DNA from: Patescibacteria group bacterium
GTDB taxonomy: Bacteria; Patescibacteriota; Kazan-3B-28
Assembly: GCA_041649135.1 (NCBI GenBank)
Contig: JBAZNQ010000002.1
Coordinates: 41,238-105,237 of the forward strand
Length of the DNA: 64,000 bases
Direction: 5' to 3'
Below the pieces are notes generated by a model. It ran no database searches. It was not told the origin of the DNA and saw only the letters and a list, made by a program, of their open reading frames with translations. Numbering within the stretch: position 1 is the stretch's first letter; each line of letters starts with the position of its first letter. Both the position numbers and the translations under genes were made by a program. Of the stretch, positions 36,926-45,467 are shown piece after piece.

Positions 36926-38638
36926 ATGACCCACCAAGAACTTCGAGTCAAATTTGTCCGGTTTTTTGAGTCCAGAGGGCACAAGCTTGTTCCCTCTGCT
37001 TCCCTTCTACCCAAGGACGACCCCTCGGTGCTTTTAACTGTTGCGGGAATGCAACAATTTAAACCGTACTTTATTGGTCAAAAGGACCCGATGGCCGACT
37101 TTGGCTCTCGCAATGTAATTTCCACCCAAAAATGTTTTCGGACCGCTGATATTGATGAAGTGGGTGATGACACTCATCTCACCTTTTTTGAAATGCTTGG
37201 CCACTTTTCTTTTGGTGGTTATTTCAAAGCAGAAGCTCTTGCCTACGCTTGGGAATTTTTGACTAGTCCAGATTGGCTCGGAATTGAACCAACTCGAATC
37301 TCGGCTACCTATTACAATGGTGACCGATCCGGTACTACAGAGGACAATGATTCAAAAAAGATTTTGTCCGAACTGGATGGGCTAAAAGACATTACTGGCC
37401 ATGGGGCGGTAGACAATTTCTGGGGGCCTACTGGTGCTGAAGGTCCCTGTGGCCCCAACGTAGAATTTTATGTTGACGGTGTAGAAGTCTGGAATGCTGT
37501 CTTTAATGAGTATTACTCTCACACCGACCAATCCCTCACTCCTCTTAAGACCCAAGGTGTTGATATGGGCAGCGGATTTGAACGAATGTTAGTTGCGGTT
37601 AATCGTCTCAACAATCTTTTTGAAACCGATGTGCTTACCCCACTCATGGAAAAATTAACTCCCCTGCCGGAACATTCCCAGCGAATCGTTGCTGACCATA
37701 TTCGCGGAACAGTTTTTCTACTCTGTGACCACGTCCTACCGTCAAACAAAGAAGAGGGCTATATCCTTCGTCGAATTCTCCGTCGTCTGTTGTTACATCT
37801 TAGAAACAGCGGCGTGACACTAGAAGATTTAATCGACATCGTGATTGGTATCTTTAAAGTCGCCTATCCGGATTTGGTTATCGAACAGACTTTTATCAAA
37901 CAAATCGCTCGAGAAGAAGCCGACAAATTTAGTCGCACCATTGATGTCGGCGAACGGGAGTTAACCAAGATTCTGGATACCGGTGCCACGACCATCTCGG
38001 GGACAGAAGCATTTAAATTATTTGCCTCTTATGGCTTACCGATTGATTTCATTAAAGAAAAGATTAGCGTAGACGAGACTGAATTCAACGCCGAATTTGC
38101 TAAGCATCAGGAAATCTCTCGGGCTGGTGTAGAAAATAAATTTGGTGGGCACGGACTGGCCGCTGGTGCCAGCGTGAGCGACGAAGACAGACAAAAGATC
38201 ACCCGTCTACATACTGCCACCCATTTACTGCACGAAGCCCTGCGGGCAACTCTGGGCGATACTGTTCATCAAGCTGGTTCGGACATCAACCCCGAGCGCG
38301 CTCGGTTTGATTTCGCCTTTCCCCGCAAATTAACTCCTGAAGAAATCTTCCAAATTGAAGACTGGGTTAACCAAAAAATTTCCGCTGGTTTTACTGTTAC
38401 TAAACAGACTCTCCCCTATCAAACCGCTATCGACCAAGGTGCGTTAGCATTTTTCAAAGAAAAATATCCAGCCGAAGTAGATGTCTATACTATTGTGGCT
38501 AGTGATGGCACTGCCATCAGCCAAGAACTCTGTGGCGGCCCACATATCACCACTAGCCAAGAGTTGGGACACTTCAAAATCATCAAAGAAGAAAGCAGTA
38601 GCGCTGGAGTTCGTCGGATTAAAGCAGTTTTGGAGTAA
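36926..38638 (+). CDS. alaS: Alanine--tRNA ligase, compact form (catalytic + editing domains only, 570 aa)
   Basis: AlaRS class II N-terminus (FVRFFESRGHKLVPSASLLP..DPSVLLTVAGMQQFKP), editing-domain HxxxH (HTATHLLHEAL) and CGGPH motifs. No C-Ala domain. Confidence 0.85.
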   Translation: MTHQELRVKFVRFFESRGHKLVPSASLLPKDDPSVLLTVAGMQQFKPYFIGQKDPMADFGSRNVISTQKCFRTADIDEVGDDTHLTFFEMLGHFSFGGYFKAEALAYAWEFLTSPDWLGIEPTRISATYYNGDRSGTTEDNDSKKILSELDGLKDITGHGAVDNFWGPTGAEGPCGPNVEFYVDGVEVWNAVFNEYYSHTDQSLTPLKTQGVDMGSGFERMLVAVNRLNNLFETDVLTPLMEKLTPLPEHSQRIVADHIRGTVFLLCDHVLPSNKEEGYILRRILRRLLLHLRNSGVTLEDLIDIVIGIFKVAYPDLVIEQTFIKQIAREEADKFSRTIDVGERELTKILDTGATTISGTEAFKLFASYGLPIDFIKEKISVDETEFNAEFAKHQEISRAGVENKFGGHGLAAGASVSDEDRQKITRLHTATHLLHEALRATLGDTVHQAGSDINPERARFDFAFPRKLTPEEIFQIEDWVNQKISAGFTVTKQTLPYQTAIDQGALAFFKEKYPAEVDVYTIVASDGTAISQELCGGPHITTSQELGHFKIIKEESSSAGVRRIKAVLE

Positions 38639-38780
38639 ACTGAAATTATTAAGGGGGTCTCCGAAATGGTCTCATTCTGACAAAACGAAGGAATGAACAT
38701 TTTGGGGAGAGGAGTAATCCTTCAGCCCCACAAGGCGAGCAGTCAATGCGCCTCGCCGATAAAGCGAAAGGATTTAGACG

Positions 38781-40034
38781 ATGATGTGGGGGCGAAAAAC
38801 TAGTCCCAAACCCCAACCCCAGCTTATCCTTGATCTCGGCACCAGCACGGTCAAGGCTATCCTTGTCTATGTTGAAGACAACGAAGTGCATGTGGTTGGC
38901 CGAGCTTATGTTAAATATCAACCCAATTCGCTTCGTGGCGGAGTGATTGTGGATTTGAATAATGTCGCTCAAGCTTGTCGGGAAGCCATTGACCTTGTCA
39001 GCCAGCAAGCCAAACATCAGCCCAAGGCTACCATCATTGGGGTGAGTGGTCAGCTGGTTGAAAGTGTCACTACTACTGTTCACTACGATCGAGCGAACCC
39101 CGAACAGGCTCTTGATGCCACCGAGCTTAAAAACATTATTTATAAAATCCAACAACGCTCAATTGAGCGGCTCCGGACAGTTCTGCGGGAAAAATTTACC
39201 GATGCTCACCCTGATGTCGAATTAATCCATGCCGCTGTTGTCGATGTTCAGCTTGACGGCTACACCGTAGCTAACCCCATCGGGTTTCAGGGCAAACGAC
39301 TCACACTCACCATTTTTAATGCGTACATCCCCTTGGTTTATGCCAGTATGCTACAGGAGCTCACTCGTCAACTTGGTTTGCAGTTAATCAGTATCGCCGC
39401 CCAACCATACGGCATGTCTAAAATCTTGGTTAAAAAAACTCTGCAGGATTATCAGGGTATATTTATTGACGTTGGTCATACCACCACCGATGTGGTAGTA
39501 GTCAAACACGGTAGTGTCGAAGGGATGCAGAATTTTGCTTTTGGTGGGCAGGCATTTTCTCGGGCAATCCAAAAGGCGCTTAAAACTACTCCGGAACGAG
39601 CAGAAAAAATTAAACTTGATCATAGCGGTAGCAAATTAAATAAAAAATCTGCTGACCAAGTTAGCGAAGCTCTATTAACCGATGCTCGGATTTGGTTAGC
39701 TGGCGTCGAGTTGGCCCTGAAAGAATTTTCCGATTTAAAACTTTTACCGTCACGGATTTATCTGACTGGTGGTAGCGCTACTATTCCAGAACTACGTCGG
39801 GTTTTGCTGACCAAAGATTGGACTACTGAATTGCCGTTTAGTAGCAAACCGTATCCAGAAGTTATCGCACCCGATACTGTAGATGATGCGCTGGATGAAA
39901 TCGGTGTCACTTGGAGTCCACAAGATCTGCCAACTCTTGGGTTAGCCAAACTTCTGCTCGATCTTACTCCTGACGATGATATTGTCACGGCGATGTTACA
40001 AAGCATCGTTCGGTCAATGAAAGGTTTGTCGTAA
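38781..40034 (+). CDS. FtsA/PilM-family actin-like ATPase
   Basis: LILDLGTSTVKAIL phosphate-1 motif, RGGVIVDLNNVAQACREAIDLV, GIFIDVGHTTTDVVVVKHG phosphate-2 motif and IYLTGGSATIPELRRVL adenosine motif. Confidence 0.7.
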   Translation: MMWGRKTSPKPQPQLILDLGTSTVKAILVYVEDNEVHVVGRAYVKYQPNSLRGGVIVDLNNVAQACREAIDLVSQQAKHQPKATIIGVSGQLVESVTTTVHYDRANPEQALDATELKNIIYKIQQRSIERLRTVLREKFTDAHPDVELIHAAVVDVQLDGYTVANPIGFQGKRLTLTIFNAYIPLVYASMLQELTRQLGLQLISIAAQPYGMSKILVKKTLQDYQGIFIDVGHTTTDVVVVKHGSVEGMQNFAFGGQAFSRAIQKALKTTPERAEKIKLDHSGSKLNKKSADQVSEALLTDARIWLAGVELALKEFSDLKLLPSRIYLTGGSATIPELRRVLLTKDWTTELPFSSKPYPEVIAPDTVDDALDEIGVTWSPQDLPTLGLAKLLLDLTPDDDIVTAMLQSIVRSMKGLS

Positions 40035-41671
40035 TGGAACAACCCCGCCCTACAATTTATCTCGAAGCCAACGATGACCTAAGTCAGGTGATCCTAAAAA
40101 TCAATCGGATCAAGGCCGAGCGGTTCGTTTTGGTTATCCCCCGCGGAGCGCTCTTACTACATAGTCCGTTGAATCTCAAAGTTTTGAAACGGTATCTTGA
40201 TGATCAACAACGGACAGCCCATATCGCAATCGCTGATAAAGTTGGGGAAACTTTTGCCGAACAGGCTGGTTTTAGTTTGGCATCAACCACTCCCTCTGAC
40301 GTCGTTGAACCATCACCGATATTAGGGGCCGCCCACATTAACCGTTTTGACGATAACTTGCCTGACTCTTCGGAAATTGAGGAAGATGTTGAATTAGAAA
40401 CCGATGATATCGAGCTGGCTGATATTTCGGCCGCCCCGCTTCCTGTGCCACGCGGACTAGGCAAGCCCCGAGTTGATTTCAGCACACTAATGCGTCCACC
40501 CCAGTTGACTAAAGTTCGGCTTCAATTGACTCGTCAGCACAAAATTACCCTTGGTTTGGTTGGCCTCGGGTTGATTATTCTCGGCAGTGTCAGCTACTTT
40601 ATTGTGCCACGCGCCAATATCAAGTTAGAAGTTCAGTCCGAACCATTCGCCAAACAATTTGCTCTCATCTTGGCTGACGAACAAGATTTACAAGCCGCTG
40701 GCTCCAATATCTTAGCTGGTCGTTTTTTGGAAGTTACGCAAGAGAACGTTACTACTTTTCCTGCTACGGGCGAAAAAAATAATGGCCAAAAAGCCGAAGG
40801 TAAAATTACCGTCGTTAATCATACTGGTTCGATCGCCGGACTGCTGGCCAACACTCGATTCCAAGCTGACAATGGTCTAGTCTTTCGGATTAAAACCGAA
40901 ATCCTCGTTCCCGCTGCTCGCAACAATAGTCCCGGCCGTGCCACAGTTGATGCTATCTCTGACGAGGGTGGCACAAAGTACAACGTTACCCCTAGTCTAA
41001 AATTGTCGATTCCGGGGCTGGCCGGTAATGCTCAAGCACTAGTTTATGGCGAAGTTGCTACTCAATTTGCTGGTGCTACTGATGAAATTACCAAAATTGT
41101 TTCGCAAGAAGATATTGATAAAGCCAAAGAAGAAGCCGCCAAAAATGTTTTTGCCGCTACTGAAGCTGAACTGAATAAACAGCTCAAGCGTAACGAAGAA
41201 ATTTTGCCGGCCTTCATCCAAAATGATGTGGTTGATGCGATCCCCAGTGTCATTGCTGGTGCCATCAAAGATACTTTCGAAGTGCGAGTGCAATCACGCA
41301 GTTGGGTCGTGGCAATTCACAAAGGTGATCTAAATTCAGCCATTGCTAATGCGGCCGCCTTTGAAGTGCCAGAAGGAAAACAAATTACTGCGCGAACTGT
41401 TGAAACTGCTGAAGTTGCCACGGTCGAAGGTAATTTCTTAACCCACCGCATCAATCTTCTGGTTTCGGTTGATGGCCGAATCGGTCCCCAAATCGATGCC
41501 GATACAATTATCACTCATCTCGCCAATCAGACTCCGGAAGCTGCCAAAGATTATCTTCAGAGTTTGCCCAATCTCGCTTCCAGTTCAGTTACTATTTGGC
41601 CGTCCTTTGTCCCCCGCCTGCCGTTGATCCGCAACAATCTAAAACTCGAGATCATCTATCTCGGCGAATAA
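40034..41671 (+). CDS. Hypothetical bitopic membrane protein (165-aa cytoplasmic N-domain, one TM, ~355-aa extracytoplasmic domain)
   Basis: Single hydrophobic helix HKITLGLVGLGLIILGSVSYFIV; start codon overlaps the FtsA/PilM-like gene stop (coupled). Confidence 0.5.
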   Translation: MEQPRPTIYLEANDDLSQVILKINRIKAERFVLVIPRGALLLHSPLNLKVLKRYLDDQQRTAHIAIADKVGETFAEQAGFSLASTTPSDVVEPSPILGAAHINRFDDNLPDSSEIEEDVELETDDIELADISAAPLPVPRGLGKPRVDFSTLMRPPQLTKVRLQLTRQHKITLGLVGLGLIILGSVSYFIVPRANIKLEVQSEPFAKQFALILADEQDLQAAGSNILAGRFLEVTQENVTTFPATGEKNNGQKAEGKITVVNHTGSIAGLLANTRFQADNGLVFRIKTEILVPAARNNSPGRATVDAISDEGGTKYNVTPSLKLSIPGLAGNAQALVYGEVATQFAGATDEITKIVSQEDIDKAKEEAAKNVFAATEAELNKQLKRNEEILPAFIQNDVVDAIPSVIAGAIKDTFEVRVQSRSWVVAIHKGDLNSAIANAAAFEVPEGKQITARTVETAEVATVEGNFLTHRINLLVSVDGRIGPQIDADTIITHLANQTPEAAKDYLQSLPNLASSSVTIWPSFVPRLPLIRNNLKLEIIYLGE

Positions 41672-41750
41672 GGTGATTATCCCTTGACAACAAGTATCAC
41701 CTATGAGACGATGTAGGCGTAAATAGGGAAACCCTAACTGATCAAAACAT

Positions 41751-41915
41751 ATGAAAAAAGTAATTTGGGTTGGTGCTGCGTATCTTATAGTTCCCATTTA
41801 TATTCTTGGAATTCTTTTCATTCCGAAAGTTTTTATGTCTACTCCAGTTGTCATAGTCGGAGCAAGTTTTATGATTTTCTATACTTTTGTAGTCCCATTT
41901 ATATCTAAAGACTAG
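41751..41915 (+). CDS. Small hydrophobic peptide (54 aa), AT-rich, immediately upstream of the IS transposase
   Basis: MKKVIWVGAAYLIVPIYILGILFIPKVFMSTPVVIVGASFMIFYTFVVPFISKD; stop at 41913-41915. Confidence 0.3.
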   Translation: MKKVIWVGAAYLIVPIYILGILFIPKVFMSTPVVIVGASFMIFYTFVVPFISKD

Positions 41916-41916
41916 T

Positions 41917-42738
41917 ATGAAATACACTATTCGTCAGTTCAGAGCAGACTTTCCTGATGAGGATACCTGCCTAGAATATGTCTTTAAGAAGCGGTTTCCC
42001 GAAGCCGAGCAGTATTATCGGGTAAAGGGTCGGAAATGTTGGGCTAACCCTGCTGGTGAGCAGATACACCCTTTGGCTGGGACTATCTTTGCGAAGTCCA
42101 GTACCCCTCTAACCCTATGGTTCTATGCGATCTATATGTTCGCTCAAAGCAAAAATGGAGTAGCGGCTAAAGAGCTGGAGAGACAGTTAGGGGTTACTTA
42201 TAAATGTGCTTGGCGTATGGCGAGACAGATTCGCAAACTAATGTCTGATGACGGAGAGCCACTTACCGGAGAAGTTGAGGTAGATGAAACCTACATTGGT
42301 GGTAAAGCTCTCAACAATATGCGGAAGAAGAATATAACCATCAAAGACAAGGAGGTTTTGTTCGGTATGGTGGAACGAGGCGGTCGGGTAAAAGCTAAGC
42401 ACCTGATTAGCAACGGTTCTCGTCTAATCATTCCCCAGATTAAAAAGAACATCGAACCTAAGAGTACGATCTACAGCGATTCCTACAGAGCTTATGACAC
42501 CTTAACTCGGCGTGGGTATTCCCACAGTTCGGTAAATCATCAAGAACATTTTGTAGTTGAACTCACCCACACCAATACGATTGAAGGTTTTTGGTCGCAG
42601 TTAAAGCGGAGCATTAACGGGACTTATCATCATGTTTCGGCAAAACATCTTCAGCTTTACGCTGATGAGTTTGCTTTCCGCTATTCTTGGCGGAAGTCTT
42701 CTCCGGCGATGTTTGATCTGCTGTTGGCGAGGGTGTAA
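41917..42738 (+). CDS. IS1595-family (ISXO2-like) DDE transposase
   Basis: N-terminal transposase zinc-ribbon (CLEY...C), ISXO2-like core with TIEGFWSQLKRSINGTYHHVSAKHLQLYADEF. Confidence 0.9.
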   Translation: MKYTIRQFRADFPDEDTCLEYVFKKRFPEAEQYYRVKGRKCWANPAGEQIHPLAGTIFAKSSTPLTLWFYAIYMFAQSKNGVAAKELERQLGVTYKCAWRMARQIRKLMSDDGEPLTGEVEVDETYIGGKALNNMRKKNITIKDKEVLFGMVERGGRVKAKHLISNGSRLIIPQIKKNIEPKSTIYSDSYRAYDTLTRRGYSHSSVNHQEHFVVELTHTNTIEGFWSQLKRSINGTYHHVSAKHLQLYADEFAFRYSWRKSSPAMFDLLLARV

Positions 42739-42770
42739 TCGCTCGGCCTAGAAGAGAGAGGAATCTATCC

Positions 42771-43094
42771 TTGTCATCCATAATCAGCTATAATTGTACT
42801 ACAATGGCGATTAAGTTTACCGAAAGTAATAGTGCTGACGACAAAGCCATCGGAACCATTATCGTGGATAATGGCGATTTGATGGCTTTAAAGTCGGTGC
42901 TGGAGGAATATGGTTTTGTGAATGTCGAAGCCCTTTTTAGATATGCTTTGGTGGCATTACTAAACTCCTCTGACAACAAGCTTTATATTAAAAGAGGTGA
43001 TGGCAATATCCTGGCCATGAGAATTGCTGATGAATTGATTAGAAAGAATGAAGCAAATCCACCTACCCCGACCGAACCAGAAGCTGGTGAATAA
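42771..43094 (+). CDS. Hypothetical protein (AT-rich accessory block)
   Basis: 107 aa ORF with no recognisable motif; low GC compared with flanking core genes. Confidence 0.4.
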   Translation: MSSIISYNCTTMAIKFTESNSADDKAIGTIIVDNGDLMALKSVLEEYGFVNVEALFRYALVALLNSSDNKLYIKRGDGNILAMRIADELIRKNEANPPTPTEPEAGE

Positions 43095-43105
43095 CCTGTA
43101 CTGAT

Positions 43106-43366
43106 ATGGCCAATAAAAGAGGTTCAATTCCAGCCGAGCTTCAGGGTGTAGCGTATGAAGAAGATGTAAACGCAATCCAAGAGCAAGTAGAGAAATGTTA
43201 CTCCAAAGATAGGTACGAAGAGTTTTTGGAAGCAGTAGAAAAAATTATCGGTAGATATCTCAAAGCCAATGTCGGTTGGGTGATAGTCGTGTGGCTTATC
43301 ACAATAATAGGGGGTATGTTGGCACAAAAATTTTTAAATATTTTAGGATCCACCCCCACCAAGTAA
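43106..43366 (+). CDS. Hypothetical protein with C-terminal TM helix
   Basis: 86 aa with a hydrophobic C-terminus (VGWVIVVWLITIIGGMLA). Confidence 0.35.
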   Translation: MANKRGSIPAELQGVAYEEDVNAIQEQVEKCYSKDRYEEFLEAVEKIIGRYLKANVGWVIVVWLITIIGGMLAQKFLNILGSTPTK

Positions 43367-43376
43367 GGAATGTCCT

Positions 43377-43748
43377 ATGGATATTGAGGAATCACAGTCA
43401 GAGTTTGTTAAAGGATACATAGCCGATATGAATAAGCGGGGCTTTTTCCTTCAGATTCTAGTTATCACTCTCGCTTATGCTGGTATAACCTACTGGCTAA
43501 ACGCCATTAGAGCTGATGCCTCACTATGGTTGGTCTGGCCTTTGATTATTGTCCAACTTGGCTTATATATAGCCATCTTTTTTGAAAGCTACAAAAGAGC
43601 CCAAGAGCTTAGAGTGAAGTGGGCTAATTGGATAGTATTTGTTGTCCTGGGATTGCTGGGGAGGGTTAATGATTGGGAGATTATTGTTATTCCTATTACG
43701 GTTATAACCATGTTGATATTATCTGGTCGCAGAATAGCAAAAAACTAG
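43377..43748 (+). CDS. Hypothetical polytopic membrane protein
   Basis: 123 aa with 3-4 predicted TM helices. Confidence 0.4.
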   Translation: MDIEESQSEFVKGYIADMNKRGFFLQILVITLAYAGITYWLNAIRADASLWLVWPLIIVQLGLYIAIFFESYKRAQELRVKWANWIVFVVLGLLGRVNDWEIIVIPITVITMLILSGRRIAKN

Positions 43749-43879
43749 CCTCCAGATAGGACTATTGACCTCCAGGGCATTATGATGTATCGTGAACTTG
43801 TGCCTATGAACCGCAAGGTTTATCTCGGCTAACAGCAATTGCTCCAAGCCGAAAGTAGGCACATCAGAGTGGCCATCCT

Positions 43880-44290
43880 TTATGGGTGGCCGTTTTGAAT
43901 TTTACACCTATTCTTCATGATGCTATGAAACGTGAGGTTTCCAGTCCCTACTTTTCTGAGAATAACAGTTACAGTAGTTTGCTGTTTACCGACCACCTCC
44001 CTCAATGCCCAGTAGTGAACATATTTACCTATATTTTTCGAATACTCGTTGCTGTAATGGTAAATCTTGCTGGCATTTTTGATTACAGGTATTGCCAAGG
44101 GCAATAGACCCATTTTGTACATCTGTTCCCTAATATGGCGAATCGTACCAGTCCCGTCATACCGCATATGATAAAAACCTTTAGAGTTGAAGACCACGCT
44201 TGACTGTAAGCAGGGGCAATAGACCTTTCCGATAGTCTTGTACCAAGCCTCTCGTTTATTCCTTAACTCTAAATAATTCTCTTTTGACAT
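43880..44290 (-). CDS. Hypothetical protein
   Basis: 136 aa ORF on the opposite strand within the AT-rich block; no motif recognised. Confidence 0.4.
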   Translation of the reverse strand: MSKENYLELRNKREAWYKTIGKVYCPCLQSSVVFNSKGFYHMRYDGTGTIRHIREQMYKMGLLPLAIPVIKNASKIYHYSNEYSKNIGKYVHYWALREVVGKQQTTVTVILRKVGTGNLTFHSIMKNRCKIQNGHP

Positions 44291-44390
44291 ACAGACCAGT
44301 ATACACCTACGCTGTTCTACTTGTTGTCATGGTATCATCGCCGCGAATAATGGTTGACGTCCTGCTCCAGTCTGTCATAAATGTAGGCGC

Positions 44391-44795
44391 ATGGCTGACG
44401 CGAATATTATTCTAGGGCTTGATATCGGTGATCGTCACATTGGTGTAGCGATCGGCAATTTAATTACTCGGACAGCTTCCCCCCTGTCTGATCTAGACAA
44501 TAACCGGTCTCTGCCCGATGCCATTTTGAAGTTGTATCACCAATATAGTTTTTCTAAAGTTGTGATCGGCCTGCCTGTTACTGCTACCGGTCAACATGGC
44601 AGTCAGGCTCATAAAGTTAAAGATTTAGTTAATGAATTAACTGATCAAATACCCAGCGAAATTATTTTTGAAGATGAACGTTTTACCACCCGATCGGCCG
44701 AGAAAATTTTGCGAGCACAACCCCATACAGAGCACACCATTGATGGTATTTCTGCCCAACTGATTTTGGAAAGCTGGCTTGCCCGCCAACCCTAG
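44391..44795 (+). CDS. ruvX: Putative pre-16S rRNA nuclease / Holliday-junction-resolvase-like YqgF (RuvX)
   Basis: ILGLDIGDRHIGVAIGN, VIGLP and ERFTT motifs of the RNase H-like YqgF family. Confidence 0.85.
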   Translation: MADANIILGLDIGDRHIGVAIGNLITRTASPLSDLDNNRSLPDAILKLYHQYSFSKVVIGLPVTATGQHGSQAHKVKDLVNELTDQIPSEIIFEDERFTTRSAEKILRAQPHTEHTIDGISAQLILESWLARQP

Positions 44796-44896
44796 AGGGC
44801 TTGCCCGCCAGTAGTCCCTCAAAAAAAGTATTTGACAGAGTGGGCGCAGTTTTTTACAATAGGGTCGATATTAGGTATGACCCATCGGGAGGTGGA

Positions 44897-45169
44897 ATGA
44901 ATAAGTCGCAATTAATCGAGATGATCGCCAATAAGGCCAACTTGTCCAAAAAGTCGGCTACTCGGGCTGTAGATCTCTTTGTCGACAGCATTAAGGACAA
45001 TCTGGTGAAGGGTAAGAAAGTTACCATCACCGGTTTTGGGACTTTCTCCGTGAGCTCTCGGGCTTCACGCAACGGAGTCAACCCACAGACTGGCAAGGCG
45101 ATTAAAATCCCAGCCAGTAAGGTTCCTCGGTTCAAGGCTGGCAAAGATCTTCGCAAGCTGATTGGCTAA
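44897..45169 (+). CDS. hup: DNA-binding protein HU
   Basis: MNKSQLIEMIANKANLSKKSATRAVDLFVDSI...GFGTFSVSSRASRNGVNPQTGKAIKIPASKVPRFKAGKDLR is canonical HU. SD GGGAGGTGG is present, and the start is set at ATG 44897 rather than the longer ORF-track start. Confidence 0.9.
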   Translation: MNKSQLIEMIANKANLSKKSATRAVDLFVDSIKDNLVKGKKVTITGFGTFSVSSRASRNGVNPQTGKAIKIPASKVPRFKAGKDLRKLIG

Positions 45170-45197
45170 ACTCGTATTTATCATTTTTAAATAATAA

Positions 45198-45228
45198 ACT
45201 CTTGCCTATGGGGCAAGAGTTTTGGTTT
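45198..45228 (+). terminator. Rho-independent terminator after hup
   Basis: ACTCTTGCC-tatgg-GGCAAGAGT followed by TTTGGTTT. Confidence 0.6.
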
Positions 45229-45393
45229 ATAATATGTCTGTTGTTTTCTTGGGTTTAGTGGAGGTTCAAAATACGCAAAGCACCAAGCCCACCATTAAAG
45301 GTTAAACCTCTAGACCCCAAAAATCCTGATTCTTCCGACCGACTTGTAATTTTAGAGTTTCGTATTTGTTTAGAGTTTAGGATTTAACATTCT

Positions 45394-45467
45394 GCGGGTA
45401 TAGTTTAATGGTAGAATATCTCTTTTCCAAAGAGAATATACGGGTTCGATTCCCGTTACCCGCTCCA
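45394..45467 (+). tRNA. tRNA-Gly (anticodon UCC), CCA encoded
   Basis: Manual fold: acceptor GCGGGTA/TACCCGC, D-loop AATGGTAG, anticodon stem TCTCT/AGAGA with loop TTTCCAA (U33, anticodon TCC, A37), T-arm ACGGG-TTCGATT-CCCGT, discriminator T, then CCA. Confidence 0.85.

Larger units (their letters stand above)
41700..42780 (+). mobile_element. IS1595-family insertion sequence (approximate bounds; terminal inverted repeats not resolved)
   Basis: Transposase ORF in an AT-rich stretch. Only weak terminal complementarity was seen (CCCTTGACAACAAG vs CCTTGTCATCC), so the ends are approximate. Confidence 0.45.

Noticed and set aside
38649-39155. 168-aa minus-strand ORF overlapping the start of the FtsA/PilM-like gene
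   Set aside because: Overlaps a well-supported + strand gene and has no motif; likely spurious.
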